Shown here: positions 56,572-64,000 of the stretch, piece by piece
Layout: each line of letters opens with the position of its first letter
How positions within the stretch are numbered: position 1 is the first letter of the stretch
Source: Dehalococcoidia bacterium
GTDB taxonomy: Bacteria > Chloroflexota > Dehalococcoidia > GIF9 > AB-539-J10
DNA: 64,000 nucleotides
Assembly: GCA_030612025.1 (NCBI GenBank)
Contig: JAUWOR010000005.1
Coordinates: 32,001-96,000 of the forward strand
Direction of reading: 5' to 3'
The notes under the pieces: generated by a model
Seen by the model: only the letters and a program-made list of their open reading frames with translations
What the model was told of the DNA's origin: nothing
Databases searched by the model: none
Program-made: the position numbers and the translations under genes

Positions 56572-56721
56572 CTATTCTTCGTATTCCTCGGTGGTTGGCT
56601 TTTTCTTCTTCTTAACCACCTCTACCTCTGTGGGTGGCATGAACTCAGAAGCTACCTTTGATTTTTTAGCTCCCTTTTTAGGTTTCTTGGTCTCTCTCCA
56701 CCTGAAATCTCGTCTACCCAT
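56572..56721 (-). CDS. Small Lys-rich protein (49 aa)
   Basis: MGRRDFRWRETKKPKKGAKKSKVASEFMPPTEVEVVKKKKKPTTEEYEE; GAGG RBS; fills the rnc-pflX gap almost exactly. Confidence 0.7.
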   Translation of the reverse strand: MGRRDFRWRETKKPKKGAKKSKVASEFMPPTEVEVVKKKKKPTTEEYEE

Positions 56722-56723
56722 GG

Positions 56724-57491
56724 CTATACCTCACGTCCCTCGCCAGATAAGGGGTAGTTGTTGAGGGCCTCCGTTGCCTTTAATTTTTCCCAGGCTGACT
56801 TTGCTGCTTCCATTTCAGCGATCTTCTTACTCTTTCCTGTACCTCGGCCCAAAATCTTGCCTTCTATGAGCACCTCCACAGTGAATTGCTTATCATGGTC
56901 GGGGCCGATGGCTTCTATCAGACGGTAGATTGGCGGGGAATGTTTTTCGCTTTGGATGAACTCCTGTAATAATGCTTTGTAATTGGGGCTTAGCTCTCCA
57001 TGTTTTATTCTCTCTAGAAATGGCTTGAGTTGCTTGAGGATAAATTCCTTAGCTTTAGGCAGTCCCTGGTCGAGGTATATAGCTCCGATTAGCGCCTCCA
57101 TGGCATTTGCCAGGTTGCTTTGCTTTCTCTTCCCCCCGCTTGCCTCCTCGCCCTGTCCCAACAAAAGCCAGTCGCCAAGTTTGAGTGAAGAAGCTACCTC
57201 TGCTAAGGTCTGACGGCAAACTAGGGAAGCACGGGTCTTAGTTAGTTCCCCCTCAGGCAGCTCAGGGAACTCGCCATATAGCTGTTCAGCTGTTATGAAG
57301 TCGAGAATAGCGTCGCCTAAAAACTCCAGTCGCTCGTTACTGGGCAGAGCGAAGTCGGGATTTTCATTAAGGTAGGAGCGGTGCACAAAAGCTTGCTCTA
57401 ACAAAGACTCATTGTTAAAGTGTATCCCTAAAACTCTTTGGCAATTGTCCCAGTCAGTCATTCTATAATTCCTTCTCAAGTATAACAACAA
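56724..57491 (-). CDS. rnc: Ribonuclease III
   Basis: NERLEFLGDA, EALIGAIYLD, dsRBD; start probably ATG 57461. Confidence 0.96.
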   Translation of the reverse strand: MLLYLRRNYRMTDWDNCQRVLGIHFNNESLLEQAFVHRSYLNENPDFALPSNERLEFLGDAILDFITAEQLYGEFPELPEGELTKTRASLVCRQTLAEVASSLKLGDWLLLGQGEEASGGKRKQSNLANAMEALIGAIYLDQGLPKAKEFILKQLKPFLERIKHGELSPNYKALLQEFIQSEKHSPPIYRLIEAIGPDHDKQFTVEVLIEGKILGRGTGKSKKIAEMEAAKSAWEKLKATEALNNYPLSGEGREV

Positions 57492-57511
57492 AGCCTAGCT
57501 AGCTCAACTTC

Positions 57512-57540
57512 TTGCTTCGTAGGCGTTATGCAGTTATAAT
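57512..57540 (+). promoter_or_regulatory. Promoter of the tRNA pair
   Basis: TTGCTT-17 nt-TATAAT, 8 nt before tRNA-Gln. Confidence 0.7.
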
Positions 57541-57548
57541 TAACTCGT

Positions 57549-57622
57549 TGGGGATTAGTCTAGCGGTAGGACGACTGACTCTGGATCAGTTAGGCCAGGT
57601 TCGAACCCTGGATCCCCAGCCA
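57549..57622 (+). tRNA. tRNA-Gln(CTG)
   Basis: TGGGGAT/ATCCCCA stem, actga-ct-CTG-ga-tcagt, GGTTCGAACC, CCA end. Confidence 0.95.
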
Positions 57623-57627
57623 GCTAC

Positions 57628-57704
57628 GGCGCATTCGTCTAGGGGGTTAGGACACCTCCCTCTCAAGGAGGAGATCACCGGTTCGAATCCGGTATGCGCT
57701 ACCA
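57628..57704 (+). tRNA. tRNA-Glu(CTC)
   Basis: GGCGCAT/ATGCGCT stem, cctcc-ct-CTC-aa-ggagg, GGTTCGAATCC, CCA end. Confidence 0.95.
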
Positions 57705-57827
57705 CCATATTTAGGCTGGTGTAAATATAGCTGGCTAAGTTAATTTATTAGGTGACATGTCAAACCAGATTCCTTTAGCCTTGTTGCTTATTTGTCCTTT
57801 GTGTTAAACTTCGTCCCAAAACAAACA

Positions 57828-58829
57828 ATGAAGCGTGTTTTTTCTGGTTTCCGCCCCACAGGTAAACAGCATATTGGTAATTACCTGGGGACTATTCAGA
57901 ATTGCATTTCCCTTCAGGATGAGTACGATTGCATTTACTGTGTAGTGGATATTCATGCCCTCACTACGCTTGAGAGTACAGAAAGTCTTCGGGAGGATAT
58001 TTATGAGATGGTGCTTGATTGGCTGGCAGCCGGTATTGACCCGCAGAAAAGCATTATCTTCGTCCAATCTCATGTCCCTCAAGTGATGGAACTTCATACC
58101 TTATTCAGTATGGTGACCCCTTTAAGCTGGTTATTGCGTGTGCCCACGTTTAAAGAGAAGGTGAAGATGCAGCCACATAATGTTAATTATGGACTGGTAG
58201 GTTATCCTGTTCTTATGACGGCAGATATTGCCCTTTATAAAGGAGAGATTGTTCCTGTAGGTGAGGATCAGCTTCCTCATCTTGAATTAGCTCGAGAGAT
58301 AGTACGCCGGTTCAATTCCATTTATGGATTTGTGTTTCCCGAGCCGCAAGCAAAGCTCACCTCCTTTCCTTTGATTTTGGGTTTGGATGGAATACAGAAG
58401 ATGAGTAAAAGCTATAACAACTATATTGAAATAGCCGCCTCTCCCCAGGAAATCTTGGAGCGGGTGATGATTGCCTTTACCGATCCAGCGCGGAGGTACC
58501 GCTCTGACTCGGGACACCCTGACATATGTAACATTTTCTGCCTTCATAAATTTTTCACCCCGGCACGAGTAGATGAGATTGCTTCTGAATGTCGTTGTGC
58601 CGGCATTGGCTGTGTTGAGTGCAAAAAGATGCTAGCTGAAAGTATTAGCTCAACTCTTGAGCCTTTCCGGGAAAAGCGGGCTATTTTAGCCTCCAAACCT
58701 AATTATATTACTGAGGTTCTGGCTGATGGAGCTAACCGAGCTGAGGCTATAGCCAAAGAGACTATCAGGGAGGTTAAAGAGAAGATGAGGCTTCTTCAGC
58801 GTGTTCAATTAGAACATATTCGTGACTGA
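57828..58829 (+). CDS. trpS: Tryptophan--tRNA ligase
   Basis: PTGKQHIGNY, YPVLMTADI, VPVGEDQ, KMSKS. Confidence 0.97.
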   Translation: MKRVFSGFRPTGKQHIGNYLGTIQNCISLQDEYDCIYCVVDIHALTTLESTESLREDIYEMVLDWLAAGIDPQKSIIFVQSHVPQVMELHTLFSMVTPLSWLLRVPTFKEKVKMQPHNVNYGLVGYPVLMTADIALYKGEIVPVGEDQLPHLELAREIVRRFNSIYGFVFPEPQAKLTSFPLILGLDGIQKMSKSYNNYIEIAASPQEILERVMIAFTDPARRYRSDSGHPDICNIFCLHKFFTPARVDEIASECRCAGIGCVECKKMLAESISSTLEPFREKRAILASKPNYITEVLADGANRAEAIAKETIREVKEKMRLLQRVQLEHIRD

Positions 58830-58895
58830 GTTGCTGTTATCCTGCTGGAGCGCAGACATTGCCTTGAAGAATTTAAAGAATCTGCTCTATTTTCA

Positions 58896-59120
58896 CTAAG
58901 TTACCAATTCAGTAGCTGACCATTGGTCCTCTGTTTCACTGTAGCATAACTCAAATGACTTACCCTGCGCTGTAGTGACTTTAAATAATTTCTTGCCTGG
59001 TGCTTGCCATGCTTTTTCTATCTCCTCAACCTTATATTTTGTACCCTGCCACAGGAAAGATTGTGGTCGTTCAGCATAAGTATGGCCGGAATAGCAGTTG
59101 ACTTGAATCATTTTCATCAT
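58896..59120 (-). CDS. Small conserved protein (DUF6504-like)
   Basis: [20 protein letters not shown]...W..PG...FKV......EL.Y; coupled to gatA. Confidence 0.7.
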   Translation of the reverse strand: MMKMIQVNCYSGHTYAERPQSFLWQGTKYKVEEIEKAWQAPGKKLFKVTTAQGKSFELCYSETEDQWSATELVT

Positions 59121-60643
59121 AATGGTGGCCTTTTTTTGTGCCAGTCAGTTGCTTGCTCATAGGCAAAAGCAATGCGCAACAGTGTTTCCTCGCTAAAAGG
59201 CTTACCTATAATCTGCATGCCGATGGGCAGGCCTTGTCCTGACCCTGAACGAAGTGAAGGGGAAGGATCTCTAGCGAACCCAGCAGGGATGGAAATAGCT
59301 GGGACGCCAGCAATATTTATCGGCAAGGTGCACACATCGCTCAAATACATCTGCATTGGGTCTTCTATTTTTTCGCCCAGTTTGAAAGCCACTGTTGGCG
59401 AGGTTGGAGTGACCAAAGCATCATACTTTTTAAAGGCTTGGTCAAATTCTTGCTTTATCAAGGTGCGCACCTTTTGTGCCTTGAGATAGTAGGCATCATA
59501 ATAACCAGCGGATAGAGCATAAGTGCCTAACATTATACGTCTTTTAACCTCAGGGCCGAAACCGAATTGTCGTGTCTTTTCTGTTGTTTCTATCACATTG
59601 CTGGCCCCTCGCTCAGAGAAGCCATATTTTACTCCATCATAGCGAGCCAGATTTGCTGAAGCTTCGGAGGGAGCAAGTATATAATAGACGGCTAAGGCAT
59701 ACTTGGTAGATAGTAGAGAGGCCTCCCAATCTATTTCTGCACCTAGTTCCTCTAGCCTCCTTATGGCTATTTGCAAAGCTGCTCTTACTTCATTCTGCAT
59801 GCCCTCTACGAAGTACTCCTGGGGAATACCGATCTTTAGTCCCTCGAGGCTTTGCCCTCGAGGGCTCGAGCCCGAAGGGTCAGGAATTAAGTGCTGGCTA
59901 TAGTCTGGAACAGGATAGGGAACCGAGGTTGAATCTCTAGGGTCATGTCCAGCAATGGCACTCATCACCAAAGCGCAGTCGGGCACATCTTTAGTTATCG
60001 GTCCAATTTGGTCAAGGGAGCTAGCGAAAGCGACTAAACCAAAGCGGCTTACGCGGCCATAGGTTGGTTTGAGGCCGACCATATTACAAAATCCCGCTGG
60101 TTGACGGACGCTCCCCCCGGTATCCGAGCCAAGGGCATAGATAGCTTCATCGGTAGCCACAGCAGCGGCTGAGCCACCACTGCTGCCTCCGGGAACACGA
60201 CTTAAATCCCAAGGGTTATGGGTGGGAAAGAAGGCGGAATGCTCAGTGGAGGAGCCCATAGCGAACTCATCCATATTTGTTTTGCCTAGTATTACTGCCT
60301 TTTGTGCCTTCAATTTTTCTATTACTGTGGCATTGTAAGGTGGAATGAAATTTTCCAGCATCTTCGAACCACAGGTGGTTCGTATCCCTTGGGTGCATAT
60401 AACATCCTTAATCAAGGTAGGTATACCAGTTAAAGGTGCAATATCACCGCTACTGATATGCTTATCTGCCTCTTCTGCCTGTCTTAAGGCCGAATCCTCG
60501 GTAATAGTGACGCAAGCATGAATCTTATCTTCCACTTCAGCGATGCGCTTCAATGCAGATCTGGTGAGTTCAACCGAGGAAATTTTCCTCTGTTTAAGAA
60601 GCTCGTGTGCCTCATGAATAGTTAGCTGATGTAGCTCGTTCAT
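59117..60643 (-). CDS. gatA: Glu/Asp-tRNA amidotransferase subunit A
   Basis: [47 protein letters not shown]. Confidence 0.97.
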   Translation of the reverse strand: MNELHQLTIHEAHELLKQRKISSVELTRSALKRIAEVEDKIHACVTITEDSALRQAEEADKHISSGDIAPLTGIPTLIKDVICTQGIRTTCGSKMLENFIPPYNATVIEKLKAQKAVILGKTNMDEFAMGSSTEHSAFFPTHNPWDLSRVPGGSSGGSAAAVATDEAIYALGSDTGGSVRQPAGFCNMVGLKPTYGRVSRFGLVAFASSLDQIGPITKDVPDCALVMSAIAGHDPRDSTSVPYPVPDYSQHLIPDPSGSSPRGQSLEGLKIGIPQEYFVEGMQNEVRAALQIAIRRLEELGAEIDWEASLLSTKYALAVYYILAPSEASANLARYDGVKYGFSERGASNVIETTEKTRQFGFGPEVKRRIMLGTYALSAGYYDAYYLKAQKVRTLIKQEFDQAFKKYDALVTPTSPTVAFKLGEKIEDPMQMYLSDVCTLPINIAGVPAISIPAGFARDPSPSLRSGSGQGLPIGMQIIGKPFSEETLLRIAFAYEQATDWHKKRPPL

Positions 60644-60673
60644 TTACAAACAATCCCTCTAACTTCGCCCCCT

Positions 60674-60753
60674 ATCATTCTGAACGTAGCGAAGAATCTA
60701 GAGACCCTTCACTTGCCTTTTCGCTTCGTTCAGAGCTTCGGCTCAGGGTGACA
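60674..60753. repeat. Composite palindromic repeat between gatC and gatA
   Basis: tcattctgaacgtagcgaagaatct...cttcgttcagagcttcggctcagggtgaca. Confidence 0.7.
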
Positions 60754-60764
60754 GCTAAACGCTC

Positions 60765-61052
60765 TTATTCCAATATTGCTTGCACTTTGAAGCAATGCTC
60801 TTCTTGTCTAGGGGCATTGGCTAGAACCGCATTCTGGGGATATGATTTAGCTATCCTGTCTTCCCTGAAAACATTTTGCTGGGGGATAGACGGGGTTACT
60901 GGTGGCACATTGGTCGTGTCTATTTCCTCGAGTACCTCGAAGTTTTCCAAGATGTTAGATAGCTGAAAGCTAAATTTTTCGCTCTCAGCTTCACTCAAGC
61001 CTAAACGGGCTAGCCAGGCAATATGTTTTACTTGTTCGTAGCTTAATTTCAT
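60765..61052 (-). CDS. gatC: Amidotransferase subunit C
   Basis: VKHIAWLARL, FREDR, LANAP, FKV. Confidence 0.93.
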   Translation of the reverse strand: MKLSYEQVKHIAWLARLGLSEAESEKFSFQLSNILENFEVLEEIDTTNVPPVTPSIPQQNVFREDRIAKSYPQNAVLANAPRQEEHCFKVQAILE

Positions 61053-61237
61053 TTTACGTTAAGAATAATAATTATAGCACTAATTTAATTTCTCGGTGAC
61101 AATTGCGTAGCATGTGTCAAATTATTTTAAGTAGCTAACCCGACTTTAGATTGTTGCTTATCGTCTGGGTGGGAGCTTATAATTGTAATAATGCAGGGAA
61201 AGACTGCGAAGTCAAAAAAGAGAGGGTACATAGAATA

Positions 61238-63298
61238 ATGAACTCATATAAACCAGGCAAAGTCCGTAACGTTGTGCTGCTATCTCATTATGGTGCTGGC
61301 AAGACTTCCCTCGCTGAAGCGATGCTATTTACCTCGGGGGCTATCAAACGCTTAGGCAATGTTGAAAGCGGCACTACTACCTCTGATTATGATCCTAGCG
61401 AAATTGAGCGCCGCATGAGCATCAGCCTGTCTTTGTTGCCGCAAGAGTGGAAGGGAAGCAAGTTAAATCTCATTGATACTCCTGGTTATGTTGATTTTGC
61501 TAGTGAAGTCAAAGCAGGTTTGCGTGTCTGTGAGGGAGCAGTGATTGTAGTTTGTGCTGCTTCAGGAGTGGAAGTAGGCACTGAGCAAGTATGGTCTTAT
61601 GCTGAAAAGATGAATCTACCTCGCTTGATTTTCATTAATAAGATGGATCGAGATAATGCTGATTTCCTGCGAACTTTGACGGAAGTCCAGGCTAAATTAG
61701 CAGCAAGATGCTTGCCAGTTCAGCTACCTATAGGGGCGCAGAGTGATTTTCAAGGCATTGCAGACTTAGTGACTATGAAAGGTTATATTGGCGCTACTTT
61801 ACAGGAAATAGAGCTACCCTCTTCGCTTGTGGAGCAAGCGAAAATTAGCCGTGAGAAGCTGGTGGAAGCCGTGGTTGAGATTGATGATAAACTCATCGCT
61901 AAGTATTTGGAGGGTGAGGATATAAGCGACGAGGAAATTTTTACGGCTATAAAGCAAGCGACTATAGCCGGTAAGTTAGTGCCTGTTTTTACCGGTTCCG
62001 CCTCGCGTAATATTGGCATTAGTTCGCTTTTTGATGCTATTAGTAACTATTTGCCTTCGCCTGAAGAAAGAGATACTACTGTAGCTACAAATTTAATAAC
62101 TGGCGATAAGGAGGAAGTTAAACCAGAGGCAGGGGCACCCTTAAGCAGCTTCGTTTTTAAGACTAGCGCTGATCCATTTACCGGCAAGGTGAGCTATCTC
62201 CGAGTTTACTCGGGCATTATTTTCAGTAATTCCCAAGTTTGGAATGCTAACAAGAAGAGCATGGAGCGTATTGGTCAACTTTTTACCTTGTTGGGTAAAA
62301 ATCAGCAGCCGGTGCCTCAATTAGCTGCTGGAGATATTGGGGTAGTAGCCAGGTTAAACTTGACCACTGCCGGGGATACTCTTTGTGCTCATGAGCGTCC
62401 CGTGACCTTTGAAGGCATTGATTTTCCTCAAGCAAATTTCAGTATGGCGATCCAACCTCAGACAAAAGCTGATCTGGATAAGATGAGTACTGTCTTACCC
62501 AGAATTTGCGAGGAAGACCCTTCCTTGAAGGTACATCGTGATCCTGATACTAAGGAGGTCATTGTTTCTGGGGTCGGTGATAGCCATTTAGAGATGGTTA
62601 AGGAAAGGATGCGTCGCAAGTTTGGCGTGGAGGTGAAGTTGGAGCCACCAAGGGTTCCTTATAAGGAAACTATTACGGTGCCAACTAAGGCGGAATATAA
62701 ACATAGGAAACAGTCAGGGGGACATGGCCAATATGGGCATGTCTTTCTGGAGCTAGAGCCTTTATCTCGGGGTAGCGGCTTTGAATTTGGAGCGAAAGTA
62801 GTAGGTGGCTCGGTGCCTAAGAATTATATTCCCGCGGTAGAAAAGGGAGTCAATGAGGCGAAACAAGAGGGTGTTGTAGCTAAATATCCTGTAGTTGACG
62901 TAAAGGTGACGCTTTATGATGGTAGCTTCCACCCAGTAGATTCTTCCGATATTTGTTTCAAGATTGCTGGAGCACAGGCTTTAAAGAAGGGACTGTCTCA
63001 AGGGCAGCCCATACTGCTTGAGCCAATAATGAACCTTAATATAACTGTGCCCGAAGCATATACTGGGGATATTATTGGTGATCTTAATACTAAAAGGGGG
63101 CGTGTTCTTGGGATGATCCCTCAGGAAAACAATAATACTATTCAAGCTCAGGCGCCATATGCAGAGCTGCTTCACTATGCTATAGACTTGAGGTCAATGA
63201 CGCAAGGGCGTGGCAGCTTTACCGTGGAATTTAGCCATTATGAAGAAGTACCAGCCCATATTAGCCAAAAGATCGTTACTGGGCGGAAAGCAGAGTAG
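61238..63298 (+). CDS. Elongation factor G paralog (EF-G2 type)
   Basis: G1 SHYGAGKTSL (non-canonical), DTPG, NKMD, KQSGGHGQYG, LRSMTQGRG; not in the str operon. Confidence 0.9.
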   Translation: MNSYKPGKVRNVVLLSHYGAGKTSLAEAMLFTSGAIKRLGNVESGTTTSDYDPSEIERRMSISLSLLPQEWKGSKLNLIDTPGYVDFASEVKAGLRVCEGAVIVVCAASGVEVGTEQVWSYAEKMNLPRLIFINKMDRDNADFLRTLTEVQAKLAARCLPVQLPIGAQSDFQGIADLVTMKGYIGATLQEIELPSSLVEQAKISREKLVEAVVEIDDKLIAKYLEGEDISDEEIFTAIKQATIAGKLVPVFTGSASRNIGISSLFDAISNYLPSPEERDTTVATNLITGDKEEVKPEAGAPLSSFVFKTSADPFTGKVSYLRVYSGIIFSNSQVWNANKKSMERIGQLFTLLGKNQQPVPQLAAGDIGVVARLNLTTAGDTLCAHERPVTFEGIDFPQANFSMAIQPQTKADLDKMSTVLPRICEEDPSLKVHRDPDTKEVIVSGVGDSHLEMVKERMRRKFGVEVKLEPPRVPYKETITVPTKAEYKHRKQSGGHGQYGHVFLELEPLSRGSGFEFGAKVVGGSVPKNYIPAVEKGVNEAKQEGVVAKYPVVDVKVTLYDGSFHPVDSSDICFKIAGAQALKKGLSQGQPILLEPIMNLNITVPEAYTGDIIGDLNTKRGRVLGMIPQENNNTIQAQAPYAELLHYAIDLRSMTQGRGSFTVEFSHYEEVPAHISQKIVTGRKAE

Positions 63299-63309
63299 GG
63301 AATAATACT

Positions 63310-63999
63310 CTAGCCAGCTAGTAATTCCCTTAGCTTCTTAGTGAAAGCGGGTATCACCTCTTCGTAGCGGCCTACCACTCCGAATTTTGCTTCCCTAAAT
63401 ATATTTGCCTCTGGATCCTTGTTAATCGCTATGATGTTTTTTGAGCCAGAGCAACCTGCTATGTGTTGGCTAGCCCCTGATATAGCTATAGCAATGTAAA
63501 TATCAGGGGCAACAATCTTGCCTGTGAGGCCAACGTGTAGTGCCTCCGGTACCCAACCATTATCAGCCGGTGGGCGTGAAGCCCCTACTGCGCCATGTAA
63601 TACGTCAGCTAGCTCCTTCAAGGTCGTTTTGAATGGCTCGGGACCGCCAATGCCTCTACCTCCACTAACTATCACCGGGGCGTCCTCAAGCTTAACCCCG
63701 GTTACTTCTTCTTTTACTTTTTCTGTCACCTTTGTCCTTACCTGTGCCATATCTATTTCAACCTTTGTCGGTATGACCTCTCCTTTTCTTGAGTCGTCAC
63801 GCTCCATTGGCGACATCGCCTTTGCTCTAATAGTAACTACTTGGGGCATAGTGCTGCAGCTAAATATAGCTTGAGCGTTGCCCCCGTATACAGGTTTTGT
63901 TTGCAGAAGCAGCTTTGTCTCCGGATCTATGCTTAGGTCAATACAATCTGTTGATAAGCCAGTTCCTAATCTAAAGGCGAGGCGAGGGGCTAAGTCTCG
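63310..63999 (-). CDS. etfA: Second ETF alpha subunit (5' end outside the window)
   Basis: The frame stays open to the window edge (RDLAPRLA..GLSTDC); VSGGRG, VGLTGKIVAP, ISGASQH. Confidence 0.92.
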   Translation of the reverse strand, partial: RDLAPRLAFRLGTGLSTDCIDLSIDPETKLLLQTKPVYGGNAQAIFSCSTMPQVVTIRAKAMSPMERDDSRKGEVIPTKVEIDMAQVRTKVTEKVKEEVTGVKLEDAPVIVSGGRGIGGPEPFKTTLKELADVLHGAVGASRPPADNGWVPEALHVGLTGKIVAPDIYIAIAISGASQHIAGCSGSKNIIAINKDPEANIFREAKFGVVGRYEEVIPAFTKKLRELLAG

Positions 64000-64000
64000 G

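Noticed and set aside
57512-57724. 70-aa ORF
   Set aside because: It spans two tRNA genes.
19138-60753. Dispersed repeats as a CRISPR array or integron attC sites
   Set aside because: There is no regular repeat-spacer periodicity, no cas or intI gene and no consistent attC core sites; the copies are scattered and palindromic.
61238-63298. Ribosomal protection protein (TetM-like) or canonical fusA
   Set aside because: Domain IV/V motifs are EF-G-like while G1 is degenerate and the gene is outside the str operon, which fits the common EF-G2 paralog.

Overview
This window looks like chromosomal DNA from an anaerobic bacterium, most likely Dehalococcoidia (Chloroflexota). That assignment is inferred from gene order, the extended GreA and the Pro/Thr-linker lipoprotein. 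There are three main zones. (1) After tRNA-Pro, a 14-kb 2-hydroxyacid catabolic region (1.6-15.5 kb) encodes EtfBA, an LctD/GlcD-type dehydrogenase, LarA, a TRAP transporter, an ADP-forming acid:CoA ligase with a ferredoxin-like gene between its subunits, a CitE-type CoA lyase and a second GlcD paralog. (2) Housekeeping genes include greA, speB/speD, thiC, argS, recG, fakA, rpmB, rpe, the arg genes, ruvCA, uvrB, pepA, rnc, two tRNAs, trpS, gatCA and an EF-G paralog. (3) A ~12.7-kb accessory island splits argG from argH. It carries radC, two toxin-antitoxin pairs, an RNA-binding-protein cluster and UPF0182. It also carries a two-gene cassette, a nuclease-DGQHR-HEPN protein plus a radical SAM enzyme, which sits between what look like the 5' and 3' stubs of a lost type III-like restriction-modification operon. 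This cassette is the best candidate for an undescribed defence or DNA-modification system. The window is also rich in small palindromic repeats: several are translated in-frame inside essential proteins, and a 132-bp MITE-like element ends 20-22 nt upstream of a start codon in all three copies. All family assignments come from motif recognition by eye; no searches were run.
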